This document shows, piece after piece, positions 12,965 to 26,400 of a stretch of 40,887 nt of DNA (its first letter is position 1; every line of letters starts with the position of its first letter). Both the position numbers and the translations under genes were made by a program. The notes under the pieces are model-generated. The model was not told where the DNA came from, made no database searches, and worked only from the letters and a program-made list of their open reading frames with translations. The DNA is from Sphaeroforma arctica JP610. Lineage: Eukaryota. The stretch spans positions 1-40,887 of the forward strand of contig NW_014040528.1 of the NCBI RefSeq assembly GCF_001186125.1. The letters are read 5' to 3'.

Positions 12965-15900
12965 TATATATATATATATAGCTTTGTACTTTTTGTTGTG
13001 TATTCGCATCATGGGACATGTACTATGTATGCACCCGCGTCTCACAGTGGAACGTTATTATCCTTGTTGTATAGTACACTAAAGATATATTATCAGGGAT
13101 AGAATAGCAAGAGGAAGTCGACTGTGACTACTATTAGTATCATTTCGTCCTGGAAACACAGAGGAAAGCACTTCCCTTATCTGTTGTAATGTATCTGTGC
13201 TGCGTAAAAGTTTATCATCATCTGTCGTCACATGCAATTCCACACAAGTTTATGCACATATTTTCGTGCTGGGAAGTGGGACGAAAGTACTTCCCATGTC
13301 TGTTGTAGCGTACATGTACTAAGTAGAAATTAATTTATTATAATATAGTGTATTGTGATATAATATATGTATTATTTTACTATATCATATTGTATTATAT
13401 TTTATTTATTTTATTATTGTATTTTTCATTGTATTATTTTATGGAATTACATATCATACCACATATTCATCTGCAGTCGCAATCGTGGGGAATTGTCGAG
13501 GAAAGCGCGCCAGGAACCTCAGCGTAGCAACGATGCAAATCGCAGGTATGGAAACATATAATTATGTGTATGTTCATATATGTGTATGTAAACGTGTGTG
13601 TATTCTTATGTATATATGTATATGTGCATGTTATATGTACATGTGTGTATGTATATGTATATTTATATATATATATATATATATATATTCTTAATGAGTG
13701 AGTCCGCATCTAATTTATCAGGTTTACAATCTCATAAAAGAAAGTGTTTCGTAGTGTTGGAATGACAGGCTGCTCACGAATCACAGCCTACATCGTGCAC
13801 AGCATCTGTGATCATCACATTTATATATATATAAATATATATATATATAATGATGTGCATGCTGCTTGACTACTTACCGAAAACCGGATGGATCGCGAGT
13901 TTTCCTTGAGGTATTAGCTACCGTATATTGTCATGTACTGGCGCGTCCTTGATCACACACACGTATATGTATGTATGTATGTATGTGTGTATGTATATAT
14001 ATTTATATTTGTTTTTTATTTATGTATATATATATATGTATGTATATATGTGTGTGTGTGTTTGTGTATGTATATATGTATGTATGTATATATGTATGTA
14101 TGTATATATGTGTGTGTGTTTGTACGCACACATAATCTTTCTTCGAACATACACATAAAATATGCATATATTTGTATATAAACCTATACATATCAGGCGA
14201 TCAGAAATTGATACCCCTCAAACTAAGACGGAAGCCCCGAAAGTGACCGGGGAATCAGCGCATGAAGGATATGAACTACTAGAATCAAGCATACGATTAG
14301 TATCTAGTAAGGAGCCCATGAAGCGAAAGGAGGCTAATATGGTCTGCGATTGTACCTATGACAACGGTGTGTGCATGACATGCGTGTTGCTGATAGTATA
14401 CGTGGTGTGGTAGTATGTGTTTAAGTCTATACTCTTGCGGCTGTTCCCTTGACAACGGTGTGTGCATGACATGCGTGTTGCTGATAGTATACGTGGTGTG
14501 GTAGTATGTGTGTAAGGTTATACTGTTGTGGCTATAGCGATGACAACGGTGTGTACATGACATCCTGGATAACGATAGTTTACGTAATATACAAATATGT
14601 ATCTAGCCTATCGAGCATACCTATGGAAACGGTGTGTACTTGACGTCCAGGACAAGGATAGTATACGCAGTATACAAATATGTATCTAGCCTATCGAACA
14701 TACCTATGATTGTGTATGACATCCATGATAGTATACTTGGTTGTACGCTTTGTGTATATCACTCTCTGTGTAAAGCATATATGCTCGACTGAGTTGGTGA
14801 CCGATTCAGTTAACATTATTTAAAAGAGAATCAGTAATCAACTGTCTACTGAGGTTTATATTTTGTTGCTCATGATACCTTATCACACGATATTCCTAGC
14901 AACCATGATGATTGCTAGGGAGTTTATGGCATCTCTAGCAAACAAAATGGTTGTTAAGGATTTTGTGAAGGATCATTGGTCAACACTTCAGTGCGATGTT
15001 GTTAAACACACTTGTGAATAGCTGTCCGTGCGTCATGCACAGTTCCCTACATACTTGTGTGTATGATATTCCCAACATACGTAGGTGTGTGTGTGATAAT
15101 AGCTGTGCTTCTGGCCGTCGTATCATGTGCAAGCTTTTGTACCGAGGCCTATGCCTGTGCTGAGTCAAAATACTAAGACCATGCCCATTCTATTAATAGA
15201 TATGATTTTTCTAATTGGGTTTTGAGCGCCTTCTGTAGTGTATGTATTTGATACGTCTATATTGTCCATATATATATCCAGATAATCGTTTCAGAATATA
15301 CGCTTCACCGGTCTTCTATCATTATCTTACCCCATCTCTGTATTTTCTCTAGATGAAGATGAACTAGAAGACGTGCACGCAATGTATAAACATGCATTCT
15401 ATGTCCCTACATTGTTCAATTATATCTAAATGAGCATTCTAATTCACTCGCGTATTCCTCCCTCGCCCCTATCTGCTATTCAGATGAAGATGAATGAGAA
15501 GACACATATTGTATATACATACATGCTTCTTATTCGCTTCTCCCACCCTTAACCCTTATGCAATCCCATCTTGGCATATTATTCAGACGAAAATGAATTG
15601 GAAGACATACAATGTATAAACATGCATGCTCCTTGTTTGCTTATGGCACCCTCATCCCTTATCCCATCCCATTTTGCATATTATTCAGATGAAGATGAGT
15701 TAGAAGACGCGTGTGGTCCTGGGTGCCTTAATCGCATTATGCGCCTGGAGTGCAGGCCTGAACTATGTCCCTGTGGCTCGCGTTGTCAGAACCAAAGCTT
15801 TCACAAGGTATTTGTGGTGTGGTTTATGAACCTGTTTCTTTGACCATGAGAGTCTACTTATGAGCATGTATGTCTATTGTATGTTTCATCTGGACCAGAG

Positions 15901-18900
15901 TTTTCGCAAGGTATTTTGTGGTGTGCTTTATTAACCTAATATTTGACTATAAGAGTCTACTTATGAGCATGCATGCACATTGCATAAGATATAGTGAGAT
16001 GAACTTAATTGGGAAAAGATGTATATATGTAACGGTCCTGATATCAGAATCCTTGCTTCGGCAGTGTGTTGTTTGGTGTACTTCATTGAACATGCGAGAC
16101 TATTTATGGACACGAATGACTATGCCATGGCCCATCTGCTAGAACCATGTGTTGTGTGGTGTGCTTTATTCAACCCATTACTCCGCCCATGATAGTTAAC
16201 TCCTCAACATGGATGCCTATTTCATGGTCCACACACAAATGAATACGTTCATTGGATAATTCACATCTAGTAGCCATTGTCCCTGTGATTCCGCTTGCTC
16301 TCCACTGCGTCAGTGTCGCCCTGGCATATGTGTTGCATGCTGATGACACATTTTGACACCTTGGTATTAAATTAGTTTCAGAGTCTTTGTTTATCAGACA
16401 ATACATAGACACCTGTTACGATATAGTACTACCCGAAGCATGTGTACTGTTCAGCATTACGTATTCGTGTAACTGATTGTACAAGTGTTCGTGGAGGTGT
16501 GTTGCTAAAGTGTCCATTCAAACATTCCCGTAGGGATTGCAAGTGCCATTGGAAGTGTATGAAACGGAGAAGAAGGGTCGGGGACTACGTTCGCCCGAGA
16601 AGCTGACGGGGTGAGTACCACAGTGGTTTGTGAGAGCAGAGATTTGTTTCTAAAGCAATAATGTATATGTGTGTGCGCGAGTGTGTATATGTGTATGTAT
16701 GTATGTATATATATGTATATACATCCATACACTCTTACGTATTTAATCTAAAAAGAATTGCACAACGTTGATGTTTAATGCCTTGCGAGGCTATATGCAT
16801 TATGTTTTGTTTGTTCTATTCACTCACTGCGACTCTGTATATTTTTTTCACGCATGCCCATTATGTTGTGTATAGTGATGTAGGTATGATTGAAGTATCT
16901 CGTAAGCTTTACTCTGTGCACTGACACTGTATCTTTATATTATATTTTACTGACTCACCCATTCTGTTGCTTATAGTGAAGCTCGGAATGCACAACGATA
17001 GATAGGGTTCCACTGTGTGTTTTGAAATTCTACATCGGCCTCCATTTAAACATACATATCTTGTTCTGATTGGCGACCCCCTGCATTGGCTATATAATAT
17101 ACTAGAGCTCTGCATTGTCAAACGTTCGTGACCATATATGTACACCCTTTCTGTTCGGTATCCTGAATCACTGCATTTGCTGCGATATACTTATTATTCT
17201 GTATGCTGACGTTATTAGCGGCAATAGTCACCCGAATTCTCCTCTGTGTGCTTCAAAAGATGTCTCAATTTCTCACTATAGGCACCCAAATTCTCTTCTG
17301 TATGCTCCAAAAGACGTTCCGATTTTTCACCCAAATTCTCTTATGTATGCTCCAAAAGACGTTCCAATTTTTTACCCAAATTCTGTTTTAATGTTTTGTA
17401 TGTTAAATATCTTCCTATACTGCCAATTTCTCGCGATAGCGGGTCCTTTGTGATGGAGTATGTGGGGGAGATCATTGGACAAGAACAGTTCAAAGAGCGC
17501 CTAGTGACCTATGGCGAGGCAGGCATCAAGCACTTCTACTTCATGACTTTGGGTCCAGACGAATTTATCGATGCTACCAAAAAAGGAAGTCCGTCCCGAT
17601 TTTTCAACCACAGTTGCGACCCGAATTGCGAGACCCAAAAGTGGGTGGTAGATGGTAGGGATGCGAATGCATTGATTATCTGTGCGGTAGGGTTGGGCAA
17701 TGGGAGAGTTTGCTATGTGTATATATACAGGTATTGTCGGTACATATATATATATTATATTCGTAGATTATAAATTCGTGGTGATATACGATTCGAATTA
17801 TTATAGCGGGGATCACGTGTTGCATTCCATATATTTGTCTTCTACAACAAAATCCAATTTAGAGTATGTGCGCTCATTGTCTCAACATTCACGTCTATAT
17901 GGTATATTTATATATTGAGATATAGAGATATTCTAGTATCATGTGTGTATGCTTGTTTGTATGTAGATACAACTATATGTATATGTATAAATTTATATTA
18001 TGTATATGTATGTACATGTGTATGTATGTATGTATGTATATATATATATATATGTATTGTTAACGGATTAGTACATTTTTGTTGCAGGCGAGACCAGGAT
18101 TGGTATCTACACGACGCGTGATGTGGAACCGAATGAAGAGTTGACATTCGATTATCAAATGGAGCGCGAAGGGTGAGTGTGTTTTACTGTATTGTTATTA
18201 TTTCCTTTTTTTATGGGGGTCGATTACAAGTCTTTGTATTGTGTGTCTGTGTGACAAACATCGTGTCATAGAAGCTACATAAATCAAAATATAATTTTGT
18301 ATATTCGTTAAATCATGGCAGGGGTGATGTCTCATGTGTGCACACCGCACACTCTCTGATATTCACTTAAAAGATACACTACAACAATGCCTCACCCACG
18401 CACGAATTCGTTTGGTCGCTCAGTGAGTTACTTCCAGGAACATTATTGTAATCTCCAGTCTCTAGAGACTCTATCGGCGCACCAATTGGGTCTTTGTTCT
18501 ATTTGTATATGTATATACTATGGTATTGGTCTATCTATGTATTGATGCACGATGTATCGATGTATTGATGTATTCCGTTTTTGATCTCGCAGAGAATTGA
18601 ACCAAAAGTGTCATTGCGAGAGTAAGAACTGTCGCAACTGGCTGAGTAGTCAGAAGAAACGTCCCACTCACCCAGCAAGAGGGCAGTCACTCGTTGATGT
18701 GGAACCAGAGAAGGTCAATGTGGTATGTTGCGGCATAGGTGGTTGTTCTCATTTCGGCTTTATTGGTGTGTATGTACGTATGAATGTATGTATGTATATA
18801 TGTGTGTGTGCGTCTGTGTCTGTGTCTGTCTGTGTCTGTGTATATATATATATAAATACGGTATATATTATATATATATATCGGTATATTATATATATAT

Positions 18901-21900
18901 ATATATAGGTATATATCTTACAAGCACCTTTCATTCCCACTACAGGCGGCTGCCTTCAAGACGCTCAACAAGCATAATGCGCTGGCGTTTATCCGTACAT
19001 TGCTGACGGTGATCAATGACAGTGACTATCTGGAGGACGGGATGGCCCTCATGCTGTGCTTGGATCCGGATAAGCTCAAACCATCGGCCGTACAGGCTCT
19101 GCTGAAGTTCAGGTTACTCAAAGGTCTGCGTTTGTTACTTGACAAGTCGGTCGAGAGCCTTGCGCAGGTATCAACACTAGAAAACCGACGCGCGCTGGAA
19201 GGGTTGGTGGATAAGACAGTGACGGCTATAGCGGACGTGGCTACGGATGCGAGTGTCGCTGTAGCTGAAGGGGCAGCGATGGACAACGACACCACTACAG
19301 AGGCGGATCAGCAATTAACACAGGGCGCAGGCGAACAAGAGAGTGTGCGTGCAATAGCCAATGGGGACGGTATGAGTGGGGCGGTGAAAGCAGAAGCAAC
19401 GGCAGATGGCACTGACACGCTTGGTGGTGGTAACGAGGAGATCGATCAAGACCCAACGGATACCGTCTCTTCAGAAGACGCCAAGGCCGCTCAAACAGGC
19501 GCGGATGCCGTTGCCATAGATACGGACAATGCTGGCCCCAAGCCGTCTCCGATTGAGGCTGTGAATAAGCAGGAATCACAAGACCTGATAGTGTCCACAG
19601 AAGACACTGATGCGCCTGAGCCCTCTGTGACTGAGGCTGAGCACACGCAGGATCCCGAAGACCAGACAGCACCCGCAGAAGTAAAGGGAGAAGTGGTAGA
19701 CGTGGTGACAGAAAAGGCGCAACCGCCACAGGACTTTGTGGAGGAAGATCTGTATGCGCTCGCCACATCGGTAATTCGCAACGACGTGCCTGTGGTGGTT
19801 GATGCGGCGGAGACAGCCCAGCTAAGGCAACTCCAGGTAACCATAGGTGTTTGTTTGTGTAAATGTGTATGTGTTTGTATGTGCATGTTGATATATATTC
19901 ATCTATGGCTATATATATATATATATATATATCTACAGCTGTATGTATATATATGTGTGTGGGTGTATATATGTATATATATATATATATACCAAAAGTC
20001 TATTTTTCTGTAGTTTCTGCAAATGTGGAGGCAGTGGGTTGTATGAATAGTTAATTGCACTGCTACTATCACTGGCGCGTCAACTACAATATCAGACTGT
20101 AGTCTGTCGGTGTAGTTTTTATCTATGTCTGTGATTTGGGACAGGCCATGTCGGAATACCGACATACAATCACTTATGTGCTCTGTATATCGGGATGGTA
20201 TACTGAGGGTTATAGCTACAATGCATTTCGAACAAATCCGGTTTTTCTATCCAATACATAGTTTATATTGGACTTGAAAAAAAGGATCTCTTCTTTTGCC
20301 ACATCCTATTTGGGTCCTTTATAGTATTCATCAGAGTAGCATTCAAAAAGTTCTCTTTCATACATGTCTATGCAGTACATCTGTTTAACACTCTAAGCGC
20401 TCTCTCCCCGGTGCATCGACTAATCCCATCCAATTTGCCATGCACGCGATACCTCAGATCATTATTCTAAGGATTCTCTCTAAGATCGAGTTCCAATTCC
20501 GCAACCCAATCGACGATGGTAATATGTGGCCTGTGATCAAGAGCCTGGCTAAAGAAACGAACAAAGAGTATGTGCATGGAGCTGTTAGTGTGCGTGTGTA
20601 TTTTAGCTTCTCTCTAGAATAATTGTGGTGTCGGATGATGTAACCTGTGCTTATACGTGACACCCAGATACTGTAGTACATATTCAGATATAGTTCACGT
20701 ATTTACATATATAGTATACGTGACTTCCAGACACTGTAGTATACATATTTGAATATAATATACGTATTTAATTGTAGTATACATATTTAATTGTAGTACG
20801 CGTATTTAACTATAGTATACATATTTAAATATAGTATACGTAATTATATATAGTATACGTGACTCCCAGATACTGTAGTATACATATTTAAATATAGCAT
20901 ACGTAGTTTCCAAATACTTTCTGATATGCTTTCCTATTCGTTTACATACAAACAACGAGCATGTGTGCTGAGTCGCTAGTGTTCGTAAGGCCCACATACT
21001 TTTCAGACGCGTTGAGTTCTCGTGCAGTAAATTATTAAAAGAACGTGGGCAATCAGCCAATCGTGGGTGTTCTTATGGAACGCTTTCCAAAACATTTTGT
21101 TTTTGTTCGACCAAAGCTTCAGATAGAGTATGTGCCATAAACCACAGTAGTGAGTGTTATTTCTGAACCCATTCTCATGGTGGAATCTCATTTGCCGAAA
21201 GGAACAAATAGATCAATTGAAGGGGGTTTTCAAATGTGTGTTGCTTTTGTGCTATACAGTTCTATACTCGTTGGTAGCCAATATTTGCAGATGAGCTACG
21301 ACGTACACACCGTGAGAATAAATAAACAGTCAAGGCGTGGTATGAACGTACTGAACCTTTGAACTCTGGCAATTCTAGGCGTATTACAAACATAAATATA
21401 TTTTATATGTATGTATATGTATATATATATAGCTAAATATTAACAGACATGAGAGTACTACCATCATACGCAGATAAACATTTCAATTGCGTACTATATT
21501 AAGTGTGTACTCGATCCGTATCTTGCATCTGTGGTACAACTTAACTAGTGTGACTTGCCTTTGTCCACAGCATATCCGACGCCGCCGGACGACTGATAAC
21601 CCGTTGGAGCAGTCTTCGCAAAGAAATCAAGATACCAAAGAAGACCCGAGAGGACAAAGAGAAGGAGAAATCCGACAGAGAAAAATCCGACAGCCGCGAT
21701 AGGACTAGAAGGGCCAGTGAACTCAATAAGTAGGTATCTTCATATAGACAACATCAGAGAAATATGACTCGTACTCACTCCTGCTCTATGGGTGTAAATG
21801 TGTAAACGCATAAGTATATACTAAGTTATTAATGGCCTATTTACCCTGGTGAAAAGACGTACATTTCATTTGCTAGTTGAAGTATCAGAAGATAGGATAG

Positions 21901-23404
21901 GCTGAATTAACCGCTTGGAATCACGGTATCGATATAGGACTACTTCTTTCGTTGCACGTAGTAAGTGTAGCTGTATACTATACACATGCTTTGTTTATTC
22001 GTTTGTGGCCAATATTCAGTAATTGTATGTTATATTTGTATACTTGTGTAAAGGACCTTATACTTAATCTGACATCCAATGGTGTATATGCCTAATCACG
22101 ATAAGACGCCATGATTTGTAAGTCAAATCACATGATCACGCAAGTTTTGTAGGCGTCATCTTTCTAATATTCGATGATATACATGCTGAATCGCGTGATC
22201 ACTCAATGATAGACGCTACTTCACACTTGCACACGAGTACTTTTACCTGGATCACGCTAACACCCAAGACTGGTCTGTCTTTGCAGTGACTATAGCTCTG
22301 CGTACGCCGCTGCGGCCAGCCGATTCGGCACTCACAACAGACTACGCGGGAGTATTGGTGAGGTGCCCCTCAAACCAACACACAGCACACATATCCACAC
22401 CCACACGCCTAAAGACCTCGATCTAGAACAGATATACAATGAGATGATGGACCAGCTCCCTGGGCAGGCTGGCGTGCAGGCACACGCACAGGCACACACT
22501 GTGGGTCGACGGGGTTTGTATGAGAGTGTGAGAGGTGGCAATGGACTGACATACAGGGAGATGGGAGAGTTTAGTATAGACCCGGGTGCGCACATTGCCA
22601 TGTCGCATACAGAGGCCGGCGTTAAACCAGTGCATGGTATGGCCGAGGGAGGGTCCCTGGGTAAGTGTACTTGAAAATGCGCATGTATTTAAGAGTATAT
22701 ATATGTATGTTTGTATTTGTATTGTGATATATATATGTGTGTGTGTGTGTGTGTATATATATATACGTCTGCCACGCGGGCCGTCTGTAGTGAGCCTTAT
22801 GATGAAGTGTTGAATAGTTTGTGTTAATGGACTGGGCCGCCCACCTTAATATACATACCCTTATTCATTGCATGATTATATATACATGCATATCATGTTT
22901 ATATACATACATTTTCTGTTCCTATACATACACTTCCTCATCCTATCCTTCTACTACATTTGTCTCATTATTATCATACCTCGCTTGTACTCTTCGCCCC
23001 AACTCTCAGCCTACAACAGCCGGATCGCACCTTCATACGGCATGTACAGTCAGCAGTACCATCAGTCATACACCCATGCCCAGGGTTGGCAACAGAGCAT
23101 TGCACAGCAACATAATGACATCCCTGACCCACGGATCCAACCCCTCGCGCCCCCTGAGGAAGCCTTGCCAGCAGGCTGGATGTCTACCATGGGTGGGTTT
23201 TTATTGTGAACTTGAGTGCTGTATTTCTGTTCATCTAACGAACGGATTGGTGAAAATTGTTGCTTTCTAGCAAGGATTCTAACTTAAAAATATATGTTTT
23301 TGTACGGGGTATATACTCTGGATGTTGCGATGTATGGTTTGAGAGTGTGTGCTAAAGTGTATGTGTCTGTGTATATGTGTGTGTGCGTGTATGTGCGTGC
23401 GTGC

Positions 23405-23440
<36 letters not shown>

Positions 23441-26400
23441 TTGAAATTATGTATGCGTGTATACATAAATATTGCTCAGCTGCAAACCCTTCCTAAGCAA
23501 CAGATGTATGCATGTGTATATATGAAGTGTAGTCATTCTGGATACTAGCCAAGAAATGGTATTTCAGAAGTAGTTTATTTAAGTGTTCAGAAGTGTGTAT
23601 ATATGAAGTGTAGTGTGTCTATGCACGCTGTAAAAGTTAAAACCCCCTGTGCGGCTTTTATAACTCTTGCAATTGTTACAACCTGTATTGCGCTCAGCTG
23701 TTTTAATCCGCTCATAAGGAACAATGAGTGCACTATAGCCGTGTACATCTGGCATACACAACACTGTATACTGACTATCCGTAGGAATTAGGCAATTCCA
23801 AAACATATCCGCACAACCAAACAACACTGTACGTATGCATATACCCAGAGGCAATAAGTCTGGTATAATTATAAATATCTCTGATACACAATGTCTTAAC
23901 TACTTTTTGGAAAACAAGCCGTTACGCATGTTATCCACAAAGCCAACCAACTCACCCTGTGCACAAGCAGATACCAACAAGCATCGAGCTTGTGTTGCAA
24001 TGTATGTATATATGTATCTATTTCTCTGTACATCTGTGTTGCACTCATTATCATCCCTCATACATATCCTCCCCTGTTGACCCATCCGCAGATCCCAAGA
24101 AGCAACGAGTGTACTACTACCACGTAGACACTAATCAAACACAATGGACTAAGCCAACAGCCGATACAGTACTGCACACCATAGCACCACAACCCTCGCT
24201 AGCAGACGAGGTGCCAGCTAGTAAAAGGTGTGTACGTTGCCCTTGTGTGGTATTGCGTACATCTATATGTATGTGTATATACACAACTATGTTTGTATAT
24301 ATGATATATATATTTATATTTATTTTAATTCATATACGGTGTATGTGTGTCTGTATGTATGTATGTAAGTATATACAATTAAAACAATAGTATATAATCA
24401 TGTGTGTATCCATAAATATATATATATATTACTAAATACCAATCTTCCGTATAGCCCCACATCACCCTCCGGTTCAAGAGACTCCTTGAAACGCAAGAGT
24501 GAGGCGGCAGATAAAGCTTCCGAATCCGCTCACAAGAGGCAGAAGACCAGCGTCGAAGATACGAAGACACTCGAGGAGAGGAAGCGCAATTTCAGAGCTA
24601 TGGTGCGTGTGTAAGGGAAAATTGCATGTTCAGGAATATATTTGCGAAAGTGAGCATACGGGTATATACGTATATATACTATTATATTGACATATGTGAA
24701 CGTGTGTGTATATAGTTATGGTGTGTGTCGGGTGTATCTACCTACTTTGAGTAGTGTCTGTATCTGAATATATGCGCCCTCTTATATAGATCTAGATATT
24801 GTTTATACGTGTATATCCAGAGGGTTTTTTCTGTGAGGGGCGTACCTGCATGATATTGACCAATAACCTTGATTGTATATTCATTAGGGTCTATATACTT
24901 AAGTGTTCTTTATGGATATATGCGTACATGTATATTTAGACCTTTGGTGTTTACGGAGAAGCATCGGCACACATGGAAATCAGTCTCAAAAGTATATCCC
25001 AAAAGTATATGTGTATGCACATAGTACCAATGTACCAACGTGTTCGGTTGTCGAACAGTCTGTGGTAGCTCTGCGCTGTATGAAATATGGTACAGTACTT
25101 CGAGGGCTGGCCTTTAAGCCGGGGCAAGACGGACGCTGTGTTGCTCGCCTTTTCAGAAACTATAAATAGATCCGTATGGTCATATTCGTTTCACAAGCAC
25201 AAGTAATGTGTCTTCAATTAAAGCGTTTGTACCTGATTGGCATTGTATGTTCTTCTGTTCGCGCTGACTAGATGCGTATGCTCCTATACATGTTTTTACA
25301 ATGAATATAGATTTACAAGATAAGCCGTTCGAATAGGGTGGATGTTGATTATATTCACACTGAGAGCTGTTTTAACATTCCGAGTATATTGAACATATCA
25401 AGGATATGTACATGTAGGTCGTAAGGGATTGATATCGTGTAAGCTAAATTGGGCTTAAGGTCTAGAGTTTAAATATTGACCTGTTTGTTTGTTTTTTACC
25501 TTATGACTAGATGTGTATGGTTATATTTATACATCTACATACATACAATACCAATGCATTTACGTTATATCACTAGATATTTATGGTTCTATTTATATAC
25601 CTACATACATACAATGACAATGCGTAGTTTGCATACCAAATAATATTCTTTGTAGTACATCTCACAACTCACCATACAATCTTTGTACCACATGGTTCAG
25701 GGGTTTAGGGTAATTCCAGTACACTATATAATCTTTGCATCACAAGGTTCTTAAGGTTTGGTGTTAAAACTACGTACCCTTTGTACCTCAGGGTTTAAGG
25801 TGTCCATAACTCACTTTATATCTCGGTTTGATTTCTACAATTAGGTCTCCAAATCTGTCATCAAAGTACTGGGCAAGTACAACAAACCCGGCTGCAAATT
25901 CGGCCGCATCACAAACAAGGACGATTTCAAACATCTCGCTCGAAAGGTACGCCTTTTTATTTACTCGGAATGGTACTACTTCTCATTTCTCGCGCTACTA
26001 TTTAGATACGCCGCCTGTTAGGTAGCCCCGATTTCTCTTTGTGACGAACTGCGTACCTCTACTTCTTGTTGTAGTATGCGTTATTTAATTACGAACTCAG
26101 AGATATCCGTTAAAGCCGAGCCCCGTTTCTTTTACCCCCGTATAGAGTGCGCGTACGAGACCCTTGTGTGTGTGTGTTTGTATCATTCGTATGGAGACTG
26201 AAGAGTCAGTTCTCCGTATGTGTAAAGCACACTAAGAAGTCCTTCATTGCCACCGGATGTCGTGCGTATATGATGTTATATTATTCTTATGCAACAGTTC
26301 TGTCGTGCACTGAAGTGTGTATGCTGTTATCCAAAGGGAATAGAGATCGTCTGTGTGCTGCTGCTTTTAGGGTTTAGGGTTTAGGTACTGATATGCCTTC

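Larger units (their letters stand above)
14340..18650 (+). other. SETD2: AWS-SET-postSET catalytic core of SETD2 (exons 3-8)
   Basis: AWS zinc-cluster cysteines, NHSCxPN, ELTFDY and CxCxxxxC motifs. Confidence 0.95.
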
